NCBI RefSeq assembly: GCF_964355755.1 | Contig: NC_092672.1 | Location: 18,551,237 to 18,615,236, forward strand | Length of the DNA stretch: 64,000 nucleotides | Direction of reading: 5' to 3' | Source of the DNA: Antedon mediterranea | Taxonomy: Eukaryota > Animalia > Echinodermata | Shown: positions 1 through 14,859 of the stretch, one piece after another | Layout of the letters: each line of letters opens with the position of its first letter | How positions within the stretch are numbered: the first letter of the stretch is position 1 | Position numbers and translations under genes: made by a program | The notes under the pieces: model-generated | The model's input: the letters and a program-made list of their open reading frames with translations, nothing else | Told to the model about the DNA's origin: nothing | Databases searched by the model: none

Positions 1-1228
1 AAAATATAGTAAAGCCAAATTTCTGTTTCTATTGTTTTTATTTTGTAGTAAAAAACATTTTCCCCAGGCTCTTGTGTTACGAAAATAAAGCAGGCCTCGT
101 AATGATGAAGAAAACAATGATTGTGATTAGTCTATCCAGTCCAGTCAAAGATATATATTCTTTAGTTCAGTCGGTTGAAAATAACCCTTAACTTGCTAAT
201 AAAAGGGACACAGCTCCCCTTGTTTGTTTACTGATTTTTTTAGGAGTTAGGGGGTTTTCAGCATTAAACTTGTCCAGTCTAGTCTGCCTTGATGAATGAG
301 TGACTTGATGTCCCACGCTAGTTTTTAGCTTGAATGAAATGCGTGAATGGCTCTAGGCCTAGCTAGGCCTAAAAGCGGATGGGATCGTAGTCCCTATGTT
401 TAAATACAAGGTGCATGTATTTATGTCATTTGTTAGAAAATATAATGGTAATCAGTTGATAATAGTTTGTAGCCTTTGTAACAGTTGTATTTGTAGTGTA
501 GTTAGGCCTTATTTATTCTGGCCTTTTTGTTATTGAAATCCATCTCACACATTGACGATACAAGATGTCAGCCTAGGTCAAACCTTGTTTCGCGTCATAA
601 CAGGAAACGTTGACTTACAGTAGCGTCGTACGCTAAAACGGTACTATCAACCGTTTTCCACTACAACGCTACAACCGTTGTACGACGCGTTGTACGCTAA
701 TCCCCAACTGTTCAGACACACATTCTTTTAGCGTCGTACGCTAAAACGGTCTAACGCCATGGGTCTGAACAGGGCCAAATTGTATTCTCAATCTTATCTT
801 TACCTAAAACATGTAGTTACTAGTATGTCACTATGATTTATTAACGCTGTATGGTGTAATGTCATAAATCAGAAAGTTCATTAACTGAAATTTGAAGTAA
901 CCAAACTTGATATATTTGACTTATGAAAGTGAACTTGAAACCTGCTTTTTATGGCCAAGTTTTCGCACTGTTCCTTTAGGCAGTTAGTTATATTCAAGAG
1001 GACAGAAGCATTAGGAAACTGTATAGTACTACAGCTGAACCCTTTCTGGGAGAAGAGACTCTATGAGATTATACAGACAGTAGTTGATAAGACCTGTTCA
1101 AACATTTTTTTTTCCATTTTGGCTGTCAATTTATCATTGTCAAAACAATCCTTCCTCTATGGTAAATATTTTTTACAAATAGTGTGTATAGATGAAAAAT
1201 TATTTGACATGGAGGTATAAAATAATTA

Positions 1229-1523
1229 CAGTCGACGACCTTCTCATTTACACACTTCTCAATTACGAACCTTCTATTTTACTAACGCTGTTCGAGTGAT
1301 GACATCATCAGCCAATTAAAAAAATATAACAACATTTTTTAATACTGTTTGTTCTTCTTACTATACTATATGCATGCACAAAGTCTTACAAGGGCTTGTT
1401 TGGGCATGTTTTACCACTAATTTTATTAATAGAGGGCGCTTTTCCCTGAACCTTCTCATTTACAAACTTTTCCATTTACGAACAACTCTCAGTCCAAGGA
1501 TATGTAAATGAGAAGGTCGACTG
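1229..1523. mobile_element. Tc1/mariner (pogo/Tigger-like) MITE, internally deleted copy
   Basis: TA|CAGTCGAC(GAC)CTTCTCATTTAC ... GTAAATGAGAAGGTCGACTG|TA. Same family as 28058-28993, opposite orientation. Confidence 0.85.
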
Positions 1524-2675
1524 TATATGGGAAATTAAAAATTGTGTTTACTAAAATGTGGGTCACTACAGCCTTAGGGAGTAACGCCTACACGCCTAAC
1601 GAATATGTACAGTACTATAGTTTAGTTTATTTGATACTATATTTACTAAACAAAATTTTTACCTTACACAAAATATTTACTTCTGATTATTAAACAAAAA
1701 TAATTAATAACAATTACATCATTATTTGTTATATTAAATAGAATATCAATAAAAAAGTACCATTTACTAAAGAAAGAACAATAATTAAAGCAGTTTTTTT
1801 TGTAAGAAATATTTCTTGTTAACATGTTCTACATAATGCACTGCCGCGCTTGCTAGTTGAAAAAGAGGAATGTCATTATAGGATCAAGTATTACCAATAG
1901 GAAACAATTAATTAAAATGATTTACCATGAGGTAACCAATGTTCTAGTATGGGATTGGGATTGATGGAACTTTACTAACTATAAATTTGCTAATTGAGAT
2001 GTCCCAAACATGAGAATGAACATCTAAATGCCCAGTTGCCTTTTCAGAATGCTTGACATACTAACAATTAGATTAGTAAGAACCTGCAAATTAATCTAGT
2101 GAAAATAAAGGCAATTGTGAATGTACATATGTTTGGGATGCAAATTTGAATAACATCAAGGAAGTGAAATACAAAAATTAGCAAAATCAAACAAAATCAA
2201 AAGTTATAGATAAATATAATATAAAAATGTGTCAACATTTATCTTCAGTCATAAAACTAATATTGTGTTGGTTTCGGTTGTTGGGTGTGAACGTGCACTG
2301 GTTTAATACATACGTAATCAGTTTGACAATAAATAGATTATCATTAATATAATCATATCCACTCTATTTTGATCTTCCCATGTAAACAATTACTCACAAG
2401 AGCCTTTACTTTTTGCTTTCACAAAAGATATCTATGAAACTTGTCACTTTTACTACTTATTGTGTTTAGTGTATTAAATAACAATAGATTCTATTAATTG
2501 ACTGAAGAGATCAATTGTTATTCCAGGTGTGTTTGTTGTTAAGTGGTAGACCACTAACCACAGGTGAGCTCATCCTCATGAGTCACTAGACACAATTGCA
2601 GGTATGAAATGAGTAATCATCCAGGGTCCCAACATGAACAACAATCATTACTTATTACCAAAAAAAAAACCTTCT

Positions 2676-3180
2676 TCGACCTTCTCATTTCAAACCCCTT
2701 GGTCTAAAAGGCGTTCGTAAATGAAAAAGTTCATAAATGAGAAGGTCCTGAAAAGCGCCCTCTATTAAAATCAGTGGTAAAAAAATGCCGAAACAAAGGC
2801 CCAGTGTATAACTTACTGTGCAAGTATAGCAAGAACAAACAATATTAAAAATACAGTATAAAACAAATAAATGTAAATTAACACTTTGACTACTAAAAAG
2901 ATTTTTGCTGCTTTTTGTTACACACATTCTCTGTACAAAAATTCCATTCTTTACTTTTTTTTATTATTGCATGTTTTGATACAAACTGTAATTTTTTAAC
3001 CTGTTTTTGAAGTAATAATATCAGATCCGTTCTGAACCGCATATATTTTACATTTTGAAAGCTACTACAATCTAGTGTGGACAGCAAGTAAAATGGAATT
3101 CCCATAAAAATGACTAGGCGGCACCTGATAACAAAGTTTTAAAATGTTAATAAATAAGAGTCAAGTATTTTTATAGCGTA
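2676..3180. mobile_element. Truncated copy of the same Tc1/mariner MITE
   Basis: Colinear with about 28061-28590 (cgaccttctcattt..ccccttggtct..aaagcgccctctattaaa..taaataagagtcaagt). Confidence 0.8.
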
Positions 3181-3289
3181 TAGAGATTTATATTAAATTT
3201 TTTCCCGCAAATGTGTATATTAACTGTTCTACACCCAGGAACATTTCTTGTTATAGTTTTTTCATACATTTTATAGTCTGCAATCAGGG

Positions 3290-4131
3290 TTTTTTGGATG
3301 ACTCATTTTTTCTGCTCATTTTTTGTTGGTCGCAGATCTCCAAAACAGCGATAGCAGTTATGTTGTAACTTGGCCAGCAGATGCACGTATATATGAAGTT
3401 GTGCAAATAGTTTAATAAAAATAAGGTCGCGTAGCGTAACGCGTTATAAATTCAAAACGAACAGCCTTTTTCAAATGAAACTTGGACACACGGATGCTTC
3501 ATGTCAAGGGTCATCTTCCTGTATCATCAGCAAAATTTTGAACATTCGTATTTTCGCGCATACGTACGCTTTGAAAGTTTAAAATGCTCTAAATCAATTT
3601 CTAATCAACTTTCTACACGTTTCAGAACATTTTAGCATTTCACATTTTTCAAGCTGCATACTTAGCTCGTACGCAGCTTAGACAGACCTATATACCTATA
3701 TATTATGATAAGTTCCTTTAATTTTTGATGAATTATGAACGTAAAATAATGACACACGTGTACGTCAAACTTTTAAAATTGTGCGCCTAAAAATTGTTAA
3801 TTTTATGCAAATTTGTGTAAAAATATGCCTATTTTGAATCGGTTATAGCTCTCCGAGATGGCTGGTGAGCCCTATTTTTTTTCACTTATTATAAAGGGTA
3901 ATGAGTTGTAGATATGAATTCATGTGAAATAAAAACTAACAGTCATCTAAACCGTTTACAATGCCAATACAGTCAACTGTTAACACTTTTGAACGATTTT
4001 GATCGATGCAATGCTGTTTGCGCAATCGTTGTGGTGCAGCTTACTGTAGACTAAGCCTAATAAATAGCATCTGTATGTTACGATGCGTTGCGTGAGCCTA
4101 ACTCGTCACCGTGACGAGTTCAAATCTAGTT
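3290..4131. mobile_element. Helentron/HINE-like non-autonomous element (left boundary approximate)
   Basis: Subterminal hairpin AACTCGTCAC-C-GTGACGAGTT (4100-4120) followed by AAATCTAGTT, the same end structure as at 38767-38797. Confidence 0.55.
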
Positions 4132-4866
4132 ATTATTAATAGATATAGCAGTTATGTTAACAACAGACATTTGTACAAGATTTTAATTGTTGATTATAAT
4201 GTCCATTATATTAAATAAACTTAATTTCACTATTCCCCACAAATGAAAACATTTTTAATAATGTAAAGTAAAAAGAAAACGGACACATACAAGTTTTTAA
4301 ATATAGTGTTGTGTTTGGGCCAATGGCCTGTATAAGTAATAAATATTCTAGACAATGTTCCTAGGAGAGAAAAGCTGACAAGTTGTATAAAAGGATCAGG
4401 AAAAAACTCCTTACAAACGTTTAAAATCATTTATGATTTAAATATATCCAAAGAAAGTATCAAAAATTTAAAAAAACTTCTAACAAAAAACTAAGTAGAT
4501 AAAGTAATACCACACATCTGCTTAATAAATACAAAGACAGTCTTATTCTTTGGCACAAACAAATCTTCTATTGTTGTAAAAGATAAAGAGGACTGTTAAA
4601 AACCAGAGTAACTCAAGTTCATTTTCATAAAGGCTTTAATATCTAAAAGTGTTACAATTTTATTCTTTAGCAATCGACCTTGTTTAAACACTAGGCAGCA
4701 TAAAGAGTACCAGTATTTCAAAAGTGCTACTTACCATTTTAAGTACACAATTTATACAACAATAACAGTACAGTATACAATCTGTATACTGATTTAATTT
4801 GTTTGAATTGAAAATAATTGCTGTTTGACTGGTTAAAATACATTTGCGAAAAAGAATAGGGATTTA

Positions 4867-5680
4867 GGGCCTGTTTCTGCTGAGCAGAAATAATCGATTA
4901 TTAACCGTTTATTTTTTTAATCGATTATTTTTGGGCAGCAGAAACGGCGCAAAATAAAATAACCGATTAAAAATAACAGATTAAAAACACTTAATCCATT
5001 GCGTGTTTTAATCGATTATTTCTTGTTTTAACCGATTATTGCGGAGCAGTTTTGAGCTGCAACACAAATAGCGATTATTGACCTCACTTTGACCTCTAGA
5101 GTATGACAAACTTATTCACGTCACAAACATGCTGTTTATTTGCGCGATATCGACGACGATCAGCAAAACCACGATCGCGATGTAGACCGAATAACAATCA
5201 CCCGTTACATTCCACCAGTTCAGGCTAACGATGTTTTACATGTCATTTTTTAGGCCTGTTGTCTGTTGACTTGTTTCGGTAGAAATATATAGCCATAGGC
5301 CTAGCAGGCCGAAGGTAGAACCAACGAACAGCGAAACGAACTTTTTTTGCCGACGTGTCCTTATTAATATAACATCATTATTCTGTTGTATGTGGTACGG
5401 TAGTAGGCCTAGATGTTTATTTTACAAATAATATAGCTTTACGTAAGAGTAATTTTTAATCGTAGGTCTACATGTGAGAGTTTTAGGCAGCGATAGGATG
5501 TAAACAAACCAACTCTCATCGGCCTTTCATAACTTGAACTGCGCTGTGGGGGAATGATGACGTGATTTAAAAAACCGATTACCTGAATAACCGATTAAAG
5601 TCGTAGCAATTTTCAATTTTTGTGGTTTGCGGTGACTGGAAAAAATCGATTATTTTGATTTTTTCAGCAGAAACAGATCC
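4867..5680. mobile_element. PIF/Harbinger-like MITE
   Basis: TTA|GGGCCTGTTTCTGCTG ... CAGCAGAAACAGATCC|TTA, 3-bp TSD, many subterminal AATCGATT/AACCGATT motifs. Confidence 0.8.
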
Positions 5681-5828
5681 TTAGTATCAACAGTTGAAAA
5701 AAAATGAAATAACATTTTACCAATTTCTTATTTTTTAATCTCTTACTAATTTAGGTGAATTCAGAATTTTTTTTAAAATTATAAACATATTTTAGTTTTA
5801 AAAAAAATTTAATTGGTGGCATATTAAT

Positions 5829-7341
5829 GGCGACATGGCTCGGTGTTCGGCTATTATTTTGTTGTTGTTTTTCACTGTTCTCCTGAGATTTTCCACAGCA
5901 ATATTAAATTATTCGAGTGATAAATTGCTTAGCCTTAAGGATTCGGCACTAATTTTGCAATCAGGTGTGTCCTTGTTTGTAAAACCAACCCAGAAGAGAG
6001 GCAGGCGCAGAGGAGCCCTTGTCAGGCCGAGAAGGCAAGCTTAAAAAACCCTGCTACTTAGTATATACATTGTCAATGCACAATTGTATAGGCACAAAGT
6101 GGATGAACTTACATGTCTTATAAACACAAAAAAAGAAATTAAAAGAATGTTGTCTCAGTCTGTTACTATACTGGGATTTAATCTTTTTTGTTCAGATCGT
6201 GACTTTCAAGCAGTTGGGAAACCGTATGGCGGCGGATTATGTTTACTAGTAAATCAACGTTGGTGCAGTGGTAGTATTTGTGTTCACTTGTGCTCCAATA
6301 AGTTGGAAACACTCATTGTTTGGTGTTGACCCTTCTACCTCCCCAGGGAGATGAATGCTTTGATAATTTATATTGATGAATGAACAGAATCCATTGTAAA
6401 CTATGTAAAGTTTTGCGAAACACTATGTATCCCAAGTATTGTTGTAAATATGTACCCAACCAATATCCTTGGTTTGATAAGAGTGTTGTAAATCTAGTTA
6501 AGTTGAGGGACGATGCATTTTATCCTGCTACATATAAAACAGCAACATATAATCTACATAGAGGTATACATGCTGCCAAAAGGAAATACTCCAGTAAATT
6601 AGAAGACTATATTGCGTCTAACAACTCTAAAGATATTTGGAAGGGTCTTAATTTAATTACTAAACTATCACCCAAAATGTGTTAATATAAAACAAAATGA
6701 CAGTAGCTTACCTGAAAAGTTAAACAAGTTTTTTGGTAGATTCGAGAATGAGCATGGGCCGAACCTATCTGACGGTTTATCCAATGAAGTTGATCTTCAT
6801 ATCTCAGAAAGACTCGCTCTCGCCCAGCCGATATTAAAAGTGCATTATTAGATGGGCAGGCCAAAATTAAAGAGGATTTGAACCAAACTATTGGATTCAA
6901 ATCGGACAGAATTACATAACTCGAGGAAAACGATATTATCAAGGCTAACAAGATTGGTCAACTCGAACAAACGGTTGAAACATTTTTCTTAAACAAGTTG
7001 TTCCGCAAAGACCCATATTAATTTTAAAATAGGGAAAATCTACGGGCGATGTTGTTGCTTTAATGTACGATCATGTAGTTAAACATTAAGATAAACCAGG
7101 TAGATATGCTAGAATTGTATTTCTGGATTTCAGTTCAGCTTTTAACACCATCTCACCTAGTAAGCTGTATTGTAAGCTTATTGATCTAAATGTTAGTAAA
7201 GCGATCGCAAATTGGGTGTTAGATTTTCTAACAGACAGAACACAACATGCTGTGGTTGATAATGTAAAATAAAATACATTGACTCTCAACACTGGTGTCC
7301 CACAGGGATGTGTGCTGTCCCCTTTTTATTTACTTTATACT
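5829..7341 (+). mobile_element. Degenerate non-LTR retrotransposon (Rex1/Babar-like) with endonuclease and RT remnants
   Basis: KRGRRRGALVR..HKVDEL endonuclease N-terminus; GGGLCLLVNQRWC; RT motifs YARIVFLDFSSAFNTISPSKL and TLNTGVPQGCVLSP (about 7105-7325). Many stops and frameshifts. Confidence 0.85.
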
Positions 7342-9099
7342 TTATAATAAATATAATAAATAATTAACCAATTATTTTTTTAATCTATTATATTTGGGCA
7401 TCAGAAACGGTGCAAAATGACATAACCGATAGAAAAATAACCAATTAAAAACACTCAATCAATTGAGTATTGTAGTTACTGTGATTAGATTTCTTTAAAA
7501 AAGAACTTCAAAAAAAGTGAATAATAGATGTTTTTTTCTATTATAAATTTGTAAGAAACTATTTCATTTTTACTAAACATAATGGATATACAGTAGCTGA
7601 ATATGAACAAGAAATCAAAATTGTATTACAAAAATATTAACATTTGCAAAATAGTGTTCATTGACAATGCAATTTGATTGAATTTGTTTGCTAACTTCAG
7701 TAGAGCAGATGGCATTTATTAATGTGCCAATTTGACAATAGCCAACTGGAATTAAAGATGTATATTACAATGGTTCAACTTCAATAAATATCGGACAAAT
7801 GAAACTAAAGAAATCAGTGATGATATCAGATCACCTGCAGATTACTTATGAACACCATCAGCACAAGCACATAATACTACCACAAGATAATGAAAGAATT
7901 ATATAACAAACCAGCAACTTTAATGTTTATACCTAAAAAAACTTCCAAACACTACCTACCTGTACCAGTATGTTTCAATGCAAAGCCCACTTCTTTTCCG
8001 TGAAGTGCCCTTTTTAAACTATAGATCAGTAGTGAAGTATGATAAATATGTCTAACTAGCCTACAGTAATCCATGATGATTTTGCCACTTTTGTGGAAAA
8101 ACAAACACCCTCATATGAATCCTTGCTACAGACTTGGATTATAAAAGTCAGAAAGAACTTAACAGTAATTTGCCCACTACACTGTTTTTCAGCCTCCAGG
8201 TTGAAATAGTATTTTTGAATTTTACCAATAAAAAACATTTAACATAATAAATAAGGTAACTATAGTAACAAGATCTTTGTTGATCAACATAAATTAACTT
8301 TCTATATCTATTATTTTATTATATAATTTTGTTTTTAAATTATGTGAATGAAATTAAAATTGTTCTTGTTTTCTGTCCTCAACTATGAGTATTGTAGTTA
8401 CTGTAATTAGATTTCTTTAAAAAGGAACTTCAAATCAATAGAATTAGAATTGAAAAGGCTATTTTTTTAATTGGTATCACACAACTCTGATTAAGAATAG
8501 AAGCATAAAAAGACGATGAGTAAGTGATGATATTTTATTAATTTAAATAATGATAACCAGCACATGAATTTAAATTCAATAGATAAATTGCAATCAGCAT
8601 GAATTATGAATAAATTTGAATATGTTATCATGCAGCTGTCATTTGTTGGGATCTCCACATTGCTTTTGTGTGTAATATACACAAGGTCTACTAAGGATAA
8701 CCCTACTATTAAGTACCTTCTTATGCTAAAAGCATTGTTACTAAAATGTCTCTTTATTTCAAGCAATATCAAAAACAACAGATGTGTGTGATTTTTTTTA
8801 TCTGAATGTTAGTAATAATCAGATCTTGTACAATCATATAGGATTATGTTTGTAATAATGTTTCATTTGTTTAAAAGACAGAATGTCCAACACAACAGAT
8901 GTCATGCGGATTTCCTTTCAAATTCTATGTAATAAAAACGGGATACAGCATTTTTCAAAATCTTAGATTAGGAATGACGGTTGGGAATGGAGTTATTAAC
9001 AAAATGTTTAATTGGGTTGTTTTACTATTTTAGAGGGAATATATTGGTATATACGGCTTTACCATGTTGAACACCGGTTCTCATCAGATCACCAATTTG

Positions 9100-9570
9100 A
9101 TTACAACATTCAAAAGTATCTTGGTATTTATATCAATGCGAAACTTAACTTTAATAAACATGTTGATGATATTGTTGCTCAGGGTAATAGAATGTTTGGT
9201 ATGCTTTGGCGTCATTGTTGATAGCGTTACTAAACTTAAATTTTATACCTAATTTTTCCGACCGCCTTTTGATTTTTCATCATTCTTTAAACAAATCGTA
9301 TTGAACGTGTTCAATCCAAATTTATTTCATACCAAAACTCTTTTATTCAAAGATTATCCGCTTTACAATTCAATTGCTATTAAAGATAATACTATCAATA
9401 TTTATTTTGACAGTTTGTCAATTTTTAGATCTAAAGTTCTCAAAACTATTTAATTTTTGTTCATTTTTTGTATGTTTCATATTGTATTTTCCTGTGTTTA
9501 ATGTATATCTAAAGATTTTTAAGGCATCCTATAATTGACGAATTTTTACTGTTGGATATAGTTAAATAAA
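9100..9570 (+). mobile_element. CR1/L2-group LINE 3' fragment
   Basis: YLGIYINAKLNFNKHVDDIVAQGNRMFGMLWR and IERVQSKF, typical RT C-terminal motifs, followed by an A-rich tail. Confidence 0.6.
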
Positions 9571-10303
9571 ATTTTAAAAAACAATAGAATAACCATTTAT
9601 ACTGTATTGTCTTTGATGAAAATGATATTTTCAAATGTCTAATCAAAATGAAATCAAGATCAAAAAATTGTTTTTAAAAGATTAATTGTTCTTATGGATT
9701 ATGACATCATTTGATCAGAATTTTAAAAATATTATTGTATAAACAGCCCTTAATATAGCATAAAATTAATTTAATTCTAATTAGCCTATTAAATTAATAC
9801 TAGTAAAGGAAGCTAGAACGCTTTCAAAATGTAAATTTGTAAATAATTGAAGAGGGCAAGATGTTCACAACCATCAAACTGTGATAAGTTAAACACTTTA
9901 TTTAGCCTATTTACTACAGATTTCCTTTTGTTTGATCGTCAATGTTTGTAATGGAAGGCAAGCTGTTGGACTTGCATTCTAAAATTAACGAAAACAATGA
10001 AAGATACTATTATTTTGGTTACTACAGGTTATGATCAAAAACTGCTGACCAAAAACACCCAAAGTAAGTAATTAGTGTTTGACATCTATTTAAAACAGCT
10101 ATGTTCACACACATCCACTAAAGCGTTAGCTTTATTCAGATTCAAAAATTCAAGGTCAGGGTGTCCGTTCACACACAAATTTGCGATCCAGATACTAACA
10201 ATAAGTAAGACGTCAATGTAAATGAAAGAAGCTGATTGGCTACTATGAAACAAAGGTCAAATCTCTAAATGTTAACATTATTGATCTGTATAGTGTATCC
10301 TGT

Positions 10304-10383
10304 ATCACAGTATCGGTTCGGGCATTCTCACACAGGCTGCGATCACAGTATCGGTTCGGGCATTCTCACACAGGCTGCGATCA
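10304..10383. repeat. 38-bp perfect tandem duplication inside a probable Harbinger-like remnant ending GTGTGAACCAGGCC (10440)
   Basis: ATCACAGTATCGGTTCGGGCATTCTCACACAGGCTGCG x2. Confidence 0.85.
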
Positions 10384-11207
10384 GTTAGGCTAACAGTTAG
10401 CTCCCGAACTGGATAACAACCCGCTAGTGTGAACCAGGCCTTTAATTACAACAGCTCAGGCTGACTAAATTGAAAATTTAACTTGAAATAATAATAATAA
10501 TATTTTTTAAATGCTATTTTAATTTAAAATGTTAAAGAAAAAAAAGAAAAATATTTTGGCTAAAAAAAGCCTGGATAGTGTCAATTCAATATTTTCATAT
10601 TCAGAATTAATGACAGAACAATTAGGGTGATGGGCAATGAGTATCATCATTTAAGTACCATAAAAATGCCAAACAAATGGCAAAATTTATAACATTCATA
10701 ATTTTAACTATTTATAGTACATTTATCTACAGTACATTTATGTAGAGGGGAAGCTCCATCCCTTCCTCCCTGAAATAAATATTTTTTGGTGATACCTTTA
10801 AGTGCATATATTCTTTTCAGAAAAGGGTGCTCTTTTATGATTTTTCTACTGCAATTGTTTCAACCAAAGCTTGCTTTGATTAACATTTATCAAACGGAAA
10901 TGAATAAGGATACAATGAAATACTGTAGGAAAAAATCAATTTTGTTAATACTGAATGATTAAGGTTTACAAATAAGGCTTTTATTGGCTTGATATTATAG
11001 ACTCTACTATTTGATTAATAGGGGATAGTTTGTTACTGTACTGTAAATTGCAATCTGCGCTAAAATACATGGAATTGATTAATTCTGAATCCTAGCAACA
11101 TTAAATTGACTGTAATACATTATGAATTTGTTTTATTATTACATGTTATAACAATGTATTTTATTTTAATAAGTATCAGAAAAATCTTTGCACAAATAAT
11201 GGTTTAA

Positions 11208-11650
11208 AGAGATCCCTTCCCTACAATTTGTGAAGTTTTGTAAAAATAATACATACATACATATATATATTACTTTAAAAACATTAAACCAGGCCATTCC
11301 TTGTCTTAAATGTACATTTTATGGTAAATTATGATAAAAAGTGAGAAACAATGCACTAGATCGCGGCGAATGACCTCTCGTGGACGGTCTTTAGGCCTAG
11401 CCTAGCTAGGCTTGGTTTTGTAGGCCTACTGTAGGTAGGTAGGCCTGGTAAACAAAAATATCAATCCGTGTGCAATGCATTTTAGGATTTATAGCGGGCC
11501 GCTATAATTATTAGAATCAACTTATTTTTCACATTTTTAACTGTTTATAGACGAAAACAGTTATTGCAATAGGACCATATAGTATTATTTTTACATTAAA
11601 TATAGTTTGTGATCTTAAATTAGATCTAAAAAACGTAGGGAACATGGTCT
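11208..11650. mobile_element. TTAA-flanked MITE, Kolobok-like
   Basis: TTAA|AGAGATCCCTTCCCTAC ... GTAGGGAACATGGTCT|TTAA (imperfect TIR with AG start). A related partial copy starts near 31991. Confidence 0.6.
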
Positions 11651-12010
11651 TTAAACATTTGGCAAAAATTAGGGGTCAAGATTATAATACTTTATTTACA
11701 TTAGCAATCAATAAAATAAGATTACAAAATAGTATATTTTAAAACTGCAGTTCAACTAGCATATCTGATTGGCCAATTTAAGACAATCATATTGGGCTTG
11801 GAGTAAATATAGTTTGTGATCTTAAATTAGATCTAAAAAACGTAGGGAACATGGTCTTTAAACATTTGGCAAAAATTAGGGGTCAAGATTATAATACTTT
11901 ATTTACATTAGCAATCAATAAAATAAGATTACAAAATAGTATATTTTAAAACTGCAGTTCAACTAGCATATCTGATTGGCCAATTTAAGACAATCATATT
12001 GGGCTTGGAG
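11597..12010. repeat. 207-bp tandem duplication
   Basis: 11597-11803 and 11804-12010 look identical by eye and span the MITE right end plus flank. Confidence 0.92.
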
Positions 12011-14086
12011 TTGTTAATCTAAATATTATTTTGATGATACATGCCCATGTGTTTTAATTACTCTTAGTTGCCATGCAGTAAAGCAAATGAATTATTCAGT
12101 AAAAAATGTACAGGTAGCTAGTTGAGAACATTGATATACATTAGAGTGAATTATACGCAGCATCAAAATTAAATTCAAACAATTTTAATTTATTTCAAAG
12201 ATGGAAACCATAATTAAATTATATAGATAATGCGAGTATCTGTGTTGTGGTGGTATCAATGTTTGCCCTATTATATCCCCTAGAACATGTGTATGAAGTA
12301 CACATGAACAGGGTAGCTGCTCTCTGGATGCTATGATGACTTTATATTATAGTATCATTCTAAGATAAACATCGCACAACTTTTTTTAGACACCCAGGCG
12401 TGTGAAAAGTTGGTAGGTTGAAATCAACAAATACTCAATTCTACCATTTAGCAATGCAAAATGTATGTTGAATAAAAGTACTGTATAATTAATTATGCGA
12501 AATCAAAATCCTTCATGTACTGGTACCTGTTTATTTTTCCAGTAATGAGGGCAATTCCGTATCCTCTCATAAAATTATTTAACTATTTCTTCATTCTAAA
12601 TGACACTTTGTTTCAACGATGATCACACTGACAGAAACATCAACACTCATAACAATTTTCTGGGAAAGGAGTTAGAAGAAAAAATATTATTAAAGATAAG
12701 ATCAACAAAATTCTTTGGATTATTTTAAAGCAATCATGACTTAGTCCCAATGGATGTCCATAATGCCCTTTATAATTCCAACTCCCATCAAATCAGTCGC
12801 ATCCTAAGCACTTCTTAGATAAAATGATTGCCAGCTTAGGAAAGAAATTATTTTTCATAAACGAAGGACAAACAAAATTAGATAAAACGAATAGGTTTTC
12901 TATGAACGTGCAAAAGGCAATGCATTAAATAAAAACACACAAACGCAAATATATTGGCTGGTAACAGCGGCACGACCACAATATTGCAACCAAATACTTA
13001 TATTTAACATGTATTTTTATTTTTATTTTTTTTAAATCCTCACTTTTATGTTTTACCAAACATATCAGTTACAAATTAAATCTGGAATGTAAAACTAAAA
13101 TAAATAATAAAATCATCTTCCGGTATTTTACTAGCTATACACTTTGATTATCATCTTTACTCTCCATTGATTTGTTGAATGAAACGGTTAATTATAAGGG
13201 GTTTGTTTTGGGGGAGGGCAGGGGAGGTTGAGTGTAAGTAAAGGTTGCTTGAATGGTAGCTGCATTTGGCACACTGCATTCTGACAACTAGAAAACAATA
13301 TTAAATTAAAGTAACGTTTTGGTGGTTTTATTGTGGTAATACCTATTTAAGAATGAAAATACAATTTAAATAAAATTAAGTATAAAAAAAAATGAAAATT
13401 GTCACTAACTACTACTAGAATATAATCAATAACTGTCACTATAAATTGACTAAAATAAATATGAAACATGCTATAACAACAATAAATCAGGGCGCAAATC
13501 CAGTCTAAAGCTTTAATCAATTTTATATTAAGTGAAAATAACTGATATGAAAACACGAGAGTGAAATCTATGCAGAATTAATAATAAATCAATAATATTG
13601 AATAGAACCTGCTACAGTGACCTAACCACACTAGCTGCAATTAATACCCAAATACAATACATTATTAGTGAAATAAATTAACTAATTGTGGAAACACAGA
13701 GAACAGTATGAAAAGGTTAAAAGCATTCTTCTGCGTTATTAATTGATTTTTTTAAATACAAATTTGTTAGACCATGAAACCAATTGTGTGTTAATCATAC
13801 AGAATATGACCCACCTACAAATAATGGAAGAGTCCAATAATAGTTTAGCTACTGCTGCAGCTGATAACACTAGACCAACATTTAGAACAAGTCAGCAGAG
13901 GAAACGAGATGTGTTTATTCAAACCAGGCTACTAATTAATAAATACTATACATTTTATCTGCTCCACTATCTTGCAGCAGCTATCTATGGAAATTATTAA
14001 TCTTTTTAATTTAAATGCTGGTACAGTAAGTAATATCAAGTATTAAGTTCATTAATATCTTGTGTGGTGGACAATTGAAAGTAGAC

Positions 14087-14466
14087 TTTAAAAACAGGTA
14101 AATATTATATTTCATTTTTTATTGGTCAGATGTTTTGCCCTACTGTGACGTAAATTGTAATTTGTACTAAGTACATTGAAAATACTTGCGAAAAAATATA
14201 CAAGTAATTCTCAGGTGGGACTCGAACCCACGACCTCCAAGTCACTAGCCTGGCGTTTATACCTCTAAACCCATTTTAAAAACAGGTAAATATTATATTT
14301 CATTTTTTATTGGTCAGATGTTTTGCCTTACTGTGACAAAATTTGTGCTTTTATACTAGGTACATTGAGAACACTTGCGAAAAAATATACAATTCTCAGG
14401 TGGGACTCGAACCCACAACCTCCAGATCACTAGCTTGGCATTCATACCTGTAGACCACCGAGCTTG
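14087..14466 (-). mobile_element. tRNA-derived SINE-like head, tandemly duplicated (about 188-bp unit)
   Basis: Minus strand GCTCGGTGGTCTACAGG (A box) ... GGGTTCGAGTCCCACC (B box). The B box occurs twice, near 14216-14231 and 14399-14414. Confidence 0.65.
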
Positions 14467-14859
14467 CGCTGATGGCTAGGTACCCAAGTTAGCAGTGGGT
14501 ACTGCACCTACAGGATTGTAATTGTTTGTAACTACTGTGGAGTAGCTACCGAGTGTACATAAAAAATAATAAATTAAAAAGTATACACTACCTGTAATAA
14601 TGACAAAGTTTAAATGTTTATAGGCCTAAGGAAAATCATCCCCTACCTATTCATGTGAAAAAAAAATAGGAAAATTAATATAAAAAAATAATAATAATAA
14701 ATAAAATTACAATATTATACTGTAATTTATGTTTTACTGTACTGAATTTGTTTATATTTAAAAACCAAGCAATTTATAGGCCGAAATGTTTGGGGTTACA
14801 ACAATTTTAAAAATATATATATTCTGATAATAATTAATATTTTTGAATAGTATTATATT

